From a virus (lineage: Duplodnaviria; Caudoviricetes): 64,000 nt of DNA. The position numbers and the translations under genes were made by a program. This document shows, one piece after another, positions 58,001 to 64,000 of the stretch (positions are counted from its first letter, which is position 1; each line of letters opens with the position of its first letter). A model generated the notes under the pieces. It was not told the DNA's origin and made no database searches. It saw nothing but the letters and a program-made list of their open reading frames with translations. The DNA is taken from positions 1 to 64,000 of the IMG/VR virus record IMGVR_UViG_3300022242_000023. One strand, given 5' to 3'.

Positions 58001-59414
58001 AAGACGCTTCCTGAACTGCTTCTGCACTAGCATTTAATACTGTACCTGTGCCTATTGTTACAATTTTTTCAGCAACTTTTTCAGAAACTAAAGGTACTTT
58101 AGTTAATACTTTAGTCAAACCAATTCCTAATTCAGTTCCTTTAATTGCCCCACTAGCTGCCAAACCTAATCCACCAAATGCTAATTGTGAACCTAACATA
58201 TCAGCACCCTCTTGTTCCCAATATTGAGATTCACCTAATTTACTTAAAGAAGCTACAAGACCAGCAAATGCACCTTTATTCTCTTCTGCTATTTTTGCTT
58301 TTTCTTCTATAGACAACATAGAAGCATTAGTTATTTGTTTTGATTTTTGTGTATTTAGATAATCATTAACTGCATTATCTGCATAATCCATTGTTTTATC
58401 AAAATTAGTATCTCCTGTAAGTACTGCTTCTATTGCATCTTCTGTTACACCTATTGCAGCCCCTGCAAGACTTGCCAATCCACTAACTGTTTGGATTCCA
58501 ACATTAACCAGTGCTGCGTCAAATCTATCAATTACCCCTGCATTATTTCTATCTAGGTATTTTGTACTTTTTACACCTTCTTTATCTTTAAAAGATATAT
58601 TATACCTATTAGTTTTAAACATTCCTAAAAAGGTGTCATCATCATGTTTTATATCAGTTTCATATGCTTCTCCTGGTGTACCTCCCGCCTTGATATATAA
58701 TTCATCTAAAGTCTTCTGATCAAATTTAGAAGGATCTACATCTTGTGCAAAAGTAACTCCTGCAGAACCCATAGGATCCTGAGCAGAACCCATAGATTCT
58801 ACTAAACTTTGTGCTCTAGGTTGATATCTGTTTACAAAAGTTTTATCTTTTGCAAGACCTTCCCAAGTTGGAGATAAAGTTTTTCTAATATTTTCTAAAA
58901 CAGCAGGATCATTAGATTGAAGATCTTCATCTAATTCTCTATTAGTTCTTCTTCTATAGTCATCTTGTGCTAACCATATGGCAGCTTTATCTTGACTTTC
59001 TGGAGAGAAATCTGGTAAATGAAGTTTAGCTTGTATTCTATCCCAAGTACTTTTTGTTATCTGGTATTTACCAGCAGCTGTAGAAGGGCCTGCAGGTGTT
59101 ACTACACCTACTATATTAGGATGTTGATCATATCCTTGAAATCTTTTACCTCCTGTAATTACATTATAATCTGGAGATTCTACATCAGATATAGTATCTA
59201 ATAATGCTTTTTGATGAGCAGTTAATGATGAAATATTATTTGCTCCTAAATCATTTTCAAATTCTTCAAATGTACCAACTTTAGAAAGTTCATGATTATT
59301 AAAAAACGATTTTCTAACATCTACTGAAGACATATCATTTTTAAACTCATCAAATGTACCTACAGATGATAATTGATATTTTTCAAATAAATGTTTTAAT
59401 AAATCTTCATTCAT
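43098..59414 (-). CDS. giant virion RNA polymerase polyprotein (crAss-like) with lysozyme, PP2C-like, zincin, ART-like and macro-like domains
   Basis: GYRIPT (46509-46526) followed by the catalytic DFDIDK (46386-46403), as in phi14:2 gp66-type polymerases; 5438 aa. Confidence 0.9.
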   Translation of the reverse strand: MNEDLLKHLFEKYQLSSVGTFDEFKNDMSSVDVRKSFFNNHELSKVGTFEEFENDLGANNISSLTAHQKALLDTISDVESPDYNVITGGKRFQGYDQHPNIVGVVTPAGPSTAAGKYQITKSTWDRIQAKLHLPDFSPESQDKAAIWLAQDDYRRRTNRELDEDLQSNDPAVLENIRKTLSPTWEGLAKDKTFVNRYQPRAQSLVESMGSAQDPMGSAGVTFAQDVDPSKFDQKTLDELYIKAGGTPGEAYETDIKHDDDTFLGMFKTNRYNISFKDKEGVKSTKYLDRNNAGVIDRFDAALVNVGIQTVSGLASLAGAAIGVTEDAIEAVLTGDTNFDKTMDYADNAVNDYLNTQKSKQITNASMLSIEEKAKIAEENKGAFAGLVASLSKLGESQYWEQEGADMLGSQLAFGGLGLAASGAIKGTELGIGLTKVLTKVPLVSEKVAEKIVTIGTGTVLNASAEAVQEASLAYKDIKQQLLDKGLSEEEATKQASDAASEIFGTNFMMLLATNFIELQGLTDGISTSKHALVRGVINTLVLGISEGVQESFQTGATDYSTEKALKQPYNEGKNTGVFDSLFGDGDSALGGTLSATYHGLMDGKADYWDSFAGGFGVAAATAGPASLSSIHQLYTKEKPIMSKVNSSLALSANDIYKTDEDGKLIYDSNNKPQIDPTKQLSAIRGMNNALQIDQLQEEALKNNNGEAIKVLQAAKISSIVHDHLFKGDSVEAIENAINNSMTKKDYEQNKLSEFYSYEEFKDIKRNILDIAKDNYTAIYSNPLLKNNSAEFKQSIYHNSVQQDLVTKELDKYSNQLENLKNKEEKLNSLQKEEKKSLESKIESLKTYKTELIKAYDKFTSNKTADTKITEEETNAQEVAQDFKNGKTEEEILKNKTGKTKVQAIEVIEQLKNEEYVKKLNTLSSLDEFESEKASNPDKADLIDQIKYEKIKGQKTDTNGKISEVTKPVDLIERYGQENELLRQHEEKGIARAFRKILANDPEFFQELQHIEAKKADPNYQYTPNPKFKNLTEHIAKGGTEESYINSLDPETVKDKIDDPIFQRAIDNFNGKETKVEEEEEEEFENPEEDDENPSTIPVTPIPDVNIPVETGSPDNTTSLLTVDNNHSETIGGKEGHKYVDIEVWENNAPTGTILTLTHAEVKELFHSSKVKELIKIAKSKNTNLSDNLTFKKRIVNNYLGYDNKDTVHVVNNVLQPGDKIYYKIPSKGWNEGVGIDEGNFGLYMVAYVLNDTIVEKGTPNAKEVIVGHVRSNGNIQSKDIDKILRKNLYSKWDKKTDFISEPVPVKGIHKKASLHVGKFRAVTREDIANNEFDVVITDFEKTASLVENYKFANSKFSPKESSDGKGKVENFIQRQLGKVFMFLPSTNKNGKEEFIPVELETKKVKEVTSYKKKLVQALNDIANAPVDQVNDIVRKKWAQIIGISKGELGILRYRTPDSSFDRENKTDINPDGGLGPVITYYTPSGIDYLTKEGYENASKLLPGFAISTKGKKGEYKIEYGLSVDQVVAKLGEVRVHVPSHNTKDFLLEHPDLVSTDLKTIDEGYYEQGEVYIDVERTSSKEEIETLKDIKTGEKIKTKDVIQSTKINKNLGKVQTINGVKVYTQNKNRKGYADNYIEDAFFVSNDIIVMSDGMSDSAEGSLSHQLVEEIAKRKGEIKDKQSLYDILNSLVIKSPDFTNGSQTGQIGTLILYIPKLNKIFSIGDSFVEINGEKIKQGIKTNVNFNIKTNSTVLAKNKSIDEIIQEVDVKAGDNVLLYTDEVPNISNKGDSFDEIINKSESLRKENKSQDDVTVIEFKVRSNETQVSKQEVSEEKKARMRAELENNTEVPEGNFFAKYTDDTTTVEEFKEGAAEKYIKDRFENLGVKVSDEALRIISNIYNVGDGKVWGAFYNAVVYLSSDAGLNVGKHEAFHVAFNLFLNDKQRKQVLNEAYKKYGKELGITKEEFENDLNKPIDSNRFKVEDQVDYVLKAVDILQSEKAKQIFNKGRKNNWSLDKILTELAIPKEQKELIEQIEQDFVQKQFAIYDEPLQYALELASNYSYTVEINTAKEQKYHSKFSTDYIDFILDNDKYEFNDFGILSFTKNGKEIGEKKYSEAMNEYNKTLNKPTQYYSNLTVPGGTNYTENEIAIPGVEIQEKPQGVPVKQGVSELFESNPELANSVYEALGFTGNISDEQKQQQKSDIERRIQEDVKNIVKNRQEIEYETTIYDQTADGNKRKVRGKSPIIDLAGRKVVVLNVNGMNVPFYLSTGHGGKADVTSGKWYPIFGIAQDGWMNKLSGNEINNYYDSKILKLLSEELDTQLGDIRNDNAIPKAGISGSHIDFINRDLTPTENGLSSTRDVINKNIENVKNEINAKYDAELAELNNQITLEQKQQQITPQQKQQAQELYSQYLDTIFPDSKVKDIVYHGSSRVFNQLQYNKEYQNKIIELFIKNYPDKFGKILDVNSYNIKILKAEKVSNNNWHIGVQIYEGKNKIIGAGIGLILNDNGITLFENNVSINSPIPINNSFNKNYIGSSKQIVHFEIGDGFYFTNIKEEALRYGELYTAILDIKNPSNPRTTYKLTPQEQEWSERYYEGKRLGFSDKELLEEDSRLIPFSKKLQEKGFDGIITPSRVAQFVVFEPEQIHILGSKQDIEGFKSFIKSNTKTVRKGAITPSIKGHAQFSTDKGIGWFRSDEEYITSKDYPNSFNDENGKWFKENNIWKYLDSDGSLHERADLNDTDIYAIYDNQYGVKGYIQKGTNTKTRRILEVQSDLFQKGRDKDNLINEYSEEYQNVDGNTIEEIIEKRKNIKSNQFLQLLNKDNNWVTFFVKSIIQDSAKKGYEKVLFPTGNTASKVEGHTTLEEFKKQKEDRIKELEKDFNTITNSSEIKQPTYLRYFQFRDNKGETVELDGRSGEWLIQYQTGNQSFNQQKANEELVVKSYNQYIKTKQEDSKVEINQLKQELERIDKEGFGALKPIYNFYENTVSNILNKTYGKDNVKQVTDEHGNTWNEITIDNNRDQSAIRLKSEEEYYKKQNPLIRLEEKLAELFETYKATDGFVSENFKKKYPKIAKFLDSLYNFIYDSYQQLKPYFTTKISVEDLFYQLDRNIFGRSIFGGRTNAFNKNYSENFARLLHQGKFKVSNIKQIREHAKFIAQNLVHLAVRTFKSNTINKDGKKTNIAQYYTYNAIIESGNKSQFNKEFFNELPTYIDLWFQKHNSPEQLENYGELKNILENKEDLLKLQLYIAQYMNNLYSAGVQITQDANEFDEKTTLIRDTNVNPKTNVKGKIRELMSLIPVRERELGHYVDKIDPKTGAKIYHNFDVLFNRLLNKLSGSSPEQTMLKLIDLAKTKDYADTLVEKIKNELVGKKILQSGEDINVEKLDKNSKKYDPEYVYKLSASKWFKNLYLITGSQRNIVFINTERSRRGIRVHNSSKKGLWKMFKRHAEIMFLNKELDSLEFLEIYKILENSITNNNLLNAVDIERIYTFLGYNIDQEIAVELESNEFSNKSLSINALPVFNAIKEGKNPFSVIESKLTKQQIKEVSDLLAKHDQQSYVMNITTVQGEAEYIHQMNNHLTTLFNKFKESPKSALATIKNKILHKDLPIYDALLSKSIEIFEPHYDNGIGIKGTYNGITYNKYFNYDLITQQLNYALERMYNSNGKEIVIALPPFSDATSSGYMNAPTVSLDDVVNKLVRTAHAELNRIIYLENNKTNYRNFNINGKHFILLPFLNSKKDTIIELYKANGGVELGPELTERLEGFISSVLNKKFEAYTEKLVKDGVLVKEGSKLVKTDDIIDDSSSSFKDDLEGDIKTQFFNQYYYNTQLIPLLAGDPAFYGTYKSDDAPFDYKNSLLVDFLKRFKEAHSPKQHALFTYKDGTPRKKRRITVDDILIPSNELDTLKEDFPELAGDYNKGHNITDAQTINSIDFTVDVMRGFDEISDREIEIAERIKNGESAEFVFPVQKPYYFNQEESGELLRPFQEKNSEYTLTPAMAWLTKDFKVEKPSDKTDFSKYRRPFLAKILYLFHEHGIDGISFQSVNKVDRDNSKVLKRESIDNMDIDTILASVVETSMEGYGRQNIVPSEKHFQGKIEEGSQFKVIMPANLEEEVEVEGYGKMTPEQVRSVLDETFTRDIDENRVSLNEALKDTDSLRNTLLAQASEQGKPMSVIESLSKHQDGDLNIPLNFPLTIDDNLKLINSKTKKALNNKVPGAPFVNASSVGFTDLESYQDNLEIHYKTNEKGETVIDYIDAAVPAYNYALALLADDRGLLDFTRIEQALGKEATDELRKAFGYRIPTEGDYSIYPIKIKYLIPSYSDSLIILPKEATTITGLDFDIDKLYVLFKAFELTKGDFSYVVDELNSFFADKKLFNENTGEILTVEYDNSSAKALFNKVLNRGIPNSEVEAEAIEFLREPERFRRIKDNITISNIEMVPPGMETPMARHNLRMSIYEKIAQTRNFAEEFHKGGNADMLRDQIKAFEDKGVVLEDTSVPMDISDPIYQIYAANKAIVGGEIIGIAASHNKHHAVVQNIEGLKLSKPFTFLQHTYSSLSNMRNRNNKFISESLSSILFASTEHIKNPLMDKLNIDRNNVSMVLAALRLGIPFGDIMLILNQKIVKDLTIYINTNLDYTTTIPKLIESFAKERNLPLTEFYKQEFDKNPGRSVFEKGLTQYNSNTTDIVALVKIKELFKISDELTSAMIATKFDTDAAFGPTLYDNLNKIDKIRSLLKKYFEKEDPVISGLDLIVPNIIFNPETANYEFSKENASVLKLNDKYIQLAMDQANNLKEHFSFLSPEFEQIRSNLAEFLELDEFKKSDRKMLDLDIYNMIFQMSPSIVLGKDFIRDVSKRFADLKKRSDFKELYEEYLPFLNALKYEQVTKEVLIRRAVSPGREEGEDLTSLWEKMMKDPNEEISSLAKDLGLYSLITSSFRFTIDSFSQWLPVSFYTSTEEGSIVRDVFKNPVKYLKNIMNSMSEKELSERILYTNPFYTRNVDIQNHIEALEEYSESFTNEFNGEVSKSVIPISFTINENLLDIYSNEGDSLPEYLHSTVYYENATLPVLYKKNPAGVYEIQRLNGNPKAFKNFNLKADEQSFYPDFKMKYHKLNSEKTKSEHSVAKAVNNTYKQDDKIKAEEIEISENEVPKLEEDVNTIREYTPDNITFLKPNEIFVFGSNEGSSKGGKPTHGAGAALLAKQKFGAIQGQSKGLQGQSYAVITKKYWDVEKSSSLSEIGKELQNMILFARANPNKKFLVTKLGSSLAGYSIEEIKSLFEKLKNIIPDNVILPREYEIREILPDNVETLEKEIIVNGQKLGLYSNGTIRDEKGVEVVDEKLINMFQVKHGYNPLRKVEHGDLKVYVLTDNRIIDISAKDAGKEILTLSSPGIIKIKNEILRKLNEQLSPVEKTQEFPDDLEIKGPPALDEDETACGPTREA

Positions 59415-59415
59415 A

Positions 59416-60987
59416 TTACCAATTTTTACCTGAAGTTTTTACAGGAGTTTTAGGCGTAGTACTATTTACTCTACTACCTTTGTTAGTATTACTAGTTTGT
59501 CTACTTGCATCATGTATTGGAATAGCAATTCTATCTCCAGTACCATCTAGGTTATAAGCACCAGTTCCATGTAAAGGTCCACTTTCTATAGCATCATTAT
59601 AATCATGATCTGGGAGACGACTTTCAATATCAAAACCGTAAAAATCTCTTAAGAATTTAGTGTTTCCAGAAGTTTTTCCATCTAGTATAAAATAAGCTTC
59701 TCCATTACCTCTTAATTCTATTTGAACACTTTTAGGAAGATCTTTCTTTTCCCACCATCTATTACCTATTTTAAAATTCTTAAGTTCTACACCATGACTA
59801 TCAGTAATGTAATTACCATAATTTCTATCACTACTTTTAGTTTGTTGGGTATATCCAACACCTCCTGCACCATTATTATATGTTACTGTAGAATCTTTAT
59901 CATTTAAACGTCTTATAGTTTCATACTTTTGTTCATTTGACATAGTAGGATCTTGCATGATCTCCATTTTAATAAGATCTTCTGCAGAAGTATTTGTTAT
60001 ACCAGCAGAGGCTGCAGCTGTTGCTGCATTCATTCCTTGTTTTCTAAACTCATGGTACATGTTAACTTTCTCCTGACCTATTTCTGCTTCTATCTTTTTA
60101 ACATCTATTAAAACTCTCTTATATTCAATTTCAGCTTTTTTCAATGCTACTTCATCTTCTATCATTATAGCATCTATCTGCAATTGCTGTTCTGGAGTAA
60201 TTTGATCATCAGGAACATCTGTCAAGTTTAATCTTTGTTTTGCACTAGCTCTTAAACTTGCTTGAGTTTGTTTAATTACATTAGCCTTTTGTTCAGATTC
60301 CATTGCTTCAGCTTCTGCTTTATGTGCATTAGCTTTTTGAAGATTAGCAGCAGTTTCTTTTGCAAGTTGTTTTGCTGCATTGTATCCTTCATGATCTATT
60401 TGTACAGGAGGGACTTGTTTACCACTAGCAATAGCAGTTTGAATTTCATCCATGTTTAAAATATAACCATCATATTCTTTTGCAACTACTGAAAAGTTTT
60501 TAATGTTTGCGTCATTAGCTTTCTTTCTAGAAAGATATCCACTTAGTCTTGGATCCATTGCTAATGCAGTACTTGCTCTCATTACATTGATCATAGCATT
60601 CTGATCACCTTTAGCAGCGGCATCTAACATATCTTGTGTTACATACTGTCCACGTAAAGATTCATAACCTGCTTGATCTTCTGGAAGAATTTCAAGATTC
60701 ATAAAATCATCTCTGATAGTGTTCAGATGTTGAAGATCTCTATAAAGATTTTCTTTATCTTGCTGTTTAATCCTTTGTTGAAATTCTATCTTCTGTTGTT
60801 GGAAAGCATCTTGCTGTAAGTCTAGTTGTTGAGTTTGTAAATAACCACTTAGACCTCCATCAATAGGCATCATAGCTGCTTGCTGTATACCTTGCATATT
60901 TGGTACAATACCCTGAATAGGAGAATTCCCCAAGTTAAATACTTGAGGAACTCCGCCTTGCTGAAATTTTAAAATCTTTCTTTTCAT
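59416..60987 (-). CDS. putative ejection/cargo virion protein
   Basis: Likely start MKRKILKFQQGG at 60987; Q/A-rich coiled coil; directly upstream of the vRNAP gene. Confidence 0.7.
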   Translation of the reverse strand: MKRKILKFQQGGVPQVFNLGNSPIQGIVPNMQGIQQAAMMPIDGGLSGYLQTQQLDLQQDAFQQQKIEFQQRIKQQDKENLYRDLQHLNTIRDDFMNLEILPEDQAGYESLRGQYVTQDMLDAAAKGDQNAMINVMRASTALAMDPRLSGYLSRKKANDANIKNFSVVAKEYDGYILNMDEIQTAIASGKQVPPVQIDHEGYNAAKQLAKETAANLQKANAHKAEAEAMESEQKANVIKQTQASLRASAKQRLNLTDVPDDQITPEQQLQIDAIMIEDEVALKKAEIEYKRVLIDVKKIEAEIGQEKVNMYHEFRKQGMNAATAAASAGITNTSAEDLIKMEIMQDPTMSNEQKYETIRRLNDKDSTVTYNNGAGGVGYTQQTKSSDRNYGNYITDSHGVELKNFKIGNRWWEKKDLPKSVQIELRGNGEAYFILDGKTSGNTKFLRDFYGFDIESRLPDHDYNDAIESGPLHGTGAYNLDGTGDRIAIPIHDASRQTSNTNKGSRVNSTTPKTPVKTSGKNW

Positions 60988-60988
60988 A

Positions 60989-63900
60989 TTATTTACCATA
61001 TAAAGCGTCATTGTTAGGATCTATATAAGGTCCATAACTTGAAGACATATACTCTGGATTTTGGAAATTGAATGCTGGATTTTGTACTCCTGTTGCATTG
61101 TAAGTATATTGAGGAGTTGTTCTATTATTTAAATATGTACCATAATTATACATACCTTGAGCAACACTGTTACCTAATCCATTTAATGCTGAACTAATTC
61201 TTAAACCATTGTTAGTTAAGAAATTTGCTTGCTGATTTCTTGCTCCCATTCTAGCAGCTAAAGATTGATTTGCCAATCCTGATAATCCTGCAAAGTGTTC
61301 AGAACCCATTTTAGATATTCCAGAATACAAACCAGAGTTTAAGTTATTAATATTAGCTCTTGTCATATTTTCTCCATATTGTCTATCTTTTGCCATAGTA
61401 TCATCATAGTTATTCAATGCTCCCATTCTACCTAATGTATTTTGGTTCTGCATTTGATTATAACTTACATTAATATTATTAGCATTTTGAATACCTTGTG
61501 CATTCATTTGTTGAGCATATGCTGCAGCTTGTTGAGGATTTAACCCCATAGAACCAGCATTTCTATAGAAAGAAGATATATTACCTCTACTATTATCTAA
61601 ACTTCTTTGTAATTGATTATTGATATTTGCATCTACATTACCATATCCAGCTTCTGTTCTTTGCATAGAAGATGTTAAATCCAAATTAGTATATCTTGGA
61701 TCCTGAGTAGCATAGTTACCTATTAAGGATGCACCTTGTATTCCTGTATTACTATTTATATATCCTCTATTTAACTCTTCATTAGCAGCAATATCTGCAA
61801 GAGTTTGTTTGTACATTTTCTTTTGTCTATTCCTATCAGCAATAGACATTACCATGTCAAATATTTTAAAGGGTATATCTGCAATTCCAGCACCAGCTTT
61901 AATTAGTTCTCCTACTTGTGCATGTTGAATATCACCTCCATTCTGGAAACTAAAGAATTTTTTTTTTAAATTTGGACTTTGGGAATATAAGTTATTACTG
62001 TAAACACCTCCAGTTCTCAATGCTTTATCTCTATTCTCAAGAGGATCCCTGTATACAGAACCTGTTATAGCATTGTTATAAGGATTATTATATATAGGAG
62101 ATATTACATTTCCTCCTATTTGATATGACATAGATTGTTGATCATTCTGTTTTATTCCCCATCTGGATCCAATATCCATTACAATAGGACTTTGGAACCC
62201 TGGTCTAATACCTACACCCCATCTAGATCCAATATCCATAATAAGAGGATTAATACTACGAGTATTGTCATAACCTACACCCCATCTAGATCCAATATTC
62301 ATACTAAAAGGATTACCAAAAGATACAACTTGTGAAGAATTGGGGGAAGACGGTTGTTGTGTAGTTTGTGGATAAGTATGATTCTGTAAATCATTCATTT
62401 GATTAATAAAAAAAGGATTAGTAGCCTGAGAATTTTGTTTGACAGGTGTATTATTTACAGAAACATTTTTAAATTGATTGAATTGGTTTTGAAAATAAGT
62501 ATTTAAATTATTATTATTATTTTTTACTTCTGATTGGGTTTTTATTTTTGCCGCAGGTTTAATAGTTCTAGGTTTATAACCACCTGGATCAAAAATACCA
62601 CTCATGATTTGGCCCTCTATTGCTTTTACTCCAGCAGCATTCATGGTTTTCCAATCTCCAGATCCTTTCTTTCTGGTCTTCCATGTACCATCTTCTGCTT
62701 GAAGATATTCATAAGGATCTCCTTTTGTCTGTAATATTTTACCAGAAGCCAATCCTGTATTAGTGTAAGAACTATTATCTACTCTGTTTGGTAAATCATA
62801 TATTTCCATTAAACCAGATCTCTGAGGAGTATTTATACCAGCACTGTAAGCATCTGGACTAACTTGTCCTTGCAACATTAATTGTTGTTGCATTGGGTGT
62901 TGCATATTTACATAAGGATCATTCCATGCATAGCCTCCATCTTGCATTTTTCTTTTCTTCTTTACTTTACCTCCGCATTTATACTGATCAGGTTTTTCTT
63001 TTTTAAGTTCATTAATGCCTTTGATGATTTCTAGGTATGGAGATCTTGAAGCTTTATTTCCTTCAATTGCTAAAGTTGCAAAAGCATCATTTTCTCTGTC
63101 TGTAACTTTATAAGTAGACTTAAGTTTAGATGCTAGATCTGCTGGTGTAAATTTGTTAGTGTTCATAAAGTCTAGGAATTTAATTTCTTTTGGGGCAGAG
63201 CTTACTTCTGTTTCTGAATACTCAATAGGAGTATATCCTAGAGATATGTCATTTAAGTCTACACCTTTAAATTTTTTATTTTTATATAGTGTTAATTTTG
63301 GATCACGTGAAAATATGTATGCACCTTCAGGAAGAAGTTCTGTAACTTCATCATCCTTCATGTGCTTATGTCTTTTTTTAGCTTTTACTGGAGTAATAGT
63401 TCCATCTTCAAATGCTATATACTCACCTACTTCTGCTTGTAGTGGAACCATTTCTGGACTTTCTACTTCTCCACCTTCTTGGTATTTCATTGGAATTTCA
63501 GTAACATAAGATGCTCCAGGGAAATTGTAATTATTTCCTGGCATCATCATTCTTCTTTGTCCATTGTTTCCTATACCCATAACAGGAAAAGGAGTATTTC
63601 TCATTGTAATTTGATTAGAAGGAATTATGTTATAAGGATTATTCATTGAAGGATAACCAGGAGTATATCCTGTAGAATTTATCATACCTCCTTTTTGTTT
63701 TTGATATTGATCATAAGCTTGATAAGTATCTGAAGCTTTTCCTGCTAAAGAGGCCGCTTGCATGGTATTTGTAAAATTATTTAAAGATCGAACTTGTCTA
63801 CTAGTTTTAGCTAAAGTTGAAAATCCTTTAGCTGTTTTTCCAATTTTACCAAGTAAAGGTAAAGCACCTACTATCTCTAAATATGTTTCAGGACTCATTC

Positions 63901-64000
63901 CTGATTTTTTATATGATCTATATACATCATCATAAGAAGAAATACCAGTAGGGTCAACTATTTCAAGAATATTTTCAAGATTAGAATCTGGTTCAATCGC
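60989..64000 (-). CDS. virion cargo/structural protein, 5'-truncated by the window edge
   Basis: Frame stays open from the track start at 63898 to 64000 (AIEPDSNLENILEIVDPTG); repeated QxGG motifs; N/Q/G-rich. Confidence 0.75.
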   Translation of the reverse strand, partial: AIEPDSNLENILEIVDPTGISSYDDVYRSYKKSGMSPETYLEIVGALPLLGKIGKTAKGFSTLAKTSRQVRSLNNFTNTMQAASLAGKASDTYQAYDQYQKQKGGMINSTGYTPGYPSMNNPYNIIPSNQITMRNTPFPVMGIGNNGQRRMMMPGNNYNFPGASYVTEIPMKYQEGGEVESPEMVPLQAEVGEYIAFEDGTITPVKAKKRHKHMKDDEVTELLPEGAYIFSRDPKLTLYKNKKFKGVDLNDISLGYTPIEYSETEVSSAPKEIKFLDFMNTNKFTPADLASKLKSTYKVTDRENDAFATLAIEGNKASRSPYLEIIKGINELKKEKPDQYKCGGKVKKKRKMQDGGYAWNDPYVNMQHPMQQQLMLQGQVSPDAYSAGINTPQRSGLMEIYDLPNRVDNSSYTNTGLASGKILQTKGDPYEYLQAEDGTWKTRKKGSGDWKTMNAAGVKAIEGQIMSGIFDPGGYKPRTIKPAAKIKTQSEVKNNNNNLNTYFQNQFNQFKNVSVNNTPVKQNSQATNPFFINQMNDLQNHTYPQTTQQPSSPNSSQVVSFGNPFSMNIGSRWGVGYDNTRSINPLIMDIGSRWGVGIRPGFQSPIVMDIGSRWGIKQNDQQSMSYQIGGNVISPIYNNPYNNAITGSVYRDPLENRDKALRTGGVYSNNLYSQSPNLKKKFFSFQNGGDIQHAQVGELIKAGAGIADIPFKIFDMVMSIADRNRQKKMYKQTLADIAANEELNRGYINSNTGIQGASLIGNYATQDPRYTNLDLTSSMQRTEAGYGNVDANINNQLQRSLDNSRGNISSFYRNAGSMGLNPQQAAAYAQQMNAQGIQNANNINVSYNQMQNQNTLGRMGALNNYDDTMAKDRQYGENMTRANINNLNSGLYSGISKMGSEHFAGLSGLANQSLAARMGARNQQANFLTNNGLRISSALNGLGNSVAQGMYNYGTYLNNRTTPQYTYNATGVQNPAFNFQNPEYMSSSYGPYIDPNNDALYGK
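62158..62302 (-). repeat. three in-frame coding repeats (MxIGSRWG)
   Basis: cccatct(a/g)gatccaatat(c/t)cat at 62158, 62218 and 62281 (periods 60 and 63 nt). Confidence 0.85.

Noticed and set aside
62158-62302. Repeat-spacer pattern resembling a CRISPR mini-array
   Set aside because: Only three units, with periods that are multiples of three, inside a coding frame and encoding a peptide repeat; no cas genes.
43558-63509. Short + strand ORFs in the track lying within the large - strand genes, and similar - strand ORFs within + strand genes
   Set aside because: They are antisense shadows of long coding frames with no recognisable motifs.
1-64000. Stop-codon reassignment, as in some crAss-like phages
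   Set aside because: Very long ORFs are intact under the standard code, TAG and TGA end genes at sensible coupled junctions, and the only tRNA is a normal Leu(UAA).

Overview
This window is a segment of an AT-rich, crAss-like (Crassvirales-related) phage genome, most likely infecting a Bacteroidota host (A-rich translation starts without Shine-Dalgarno motifs, TAnnTTTG boxes). It uses the standard genetic code. The + strand (443-38417) carries early and accessory genes, tRNA-Leu(UAA), two AAA+/vWA gene pairs, an SPFH protein and a replication module (PolB, SF2 helicase, DnaB-like helicase, Sak4-like ATPase, putative SSB, primase, UDG, Holliday junction resolvase, dATP/dGTP diphosphohydrolase, HNH). 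A small lysis-type cassette lies on the - strand (14952-16825). The - strand block 38414-64000 encodes virion/ejection proteins, including a 5438-aa virion RNA polymerase with several embedded enzyme-like domains. Main unexplained observations: (1) two tandem arrays of about 29 and 9 translationally coupled 38-83 aa microproteins sharing one motif, most of them absent from the supplied ORF track; (2) an S-x-D helical motif shared by nine replication-module proteins; (3) a densely base-paired non-coding region at 1-280 with two possible pseudoknots; (4) a Sak4-like ATPase with its Walker B segment placed before Walker A; (5) nested domain cassettes (PP2C-like, ART-like, macro-like) in the polymerase polyprotein. 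All family assignments come from motif recognition by eye; no searches were run.
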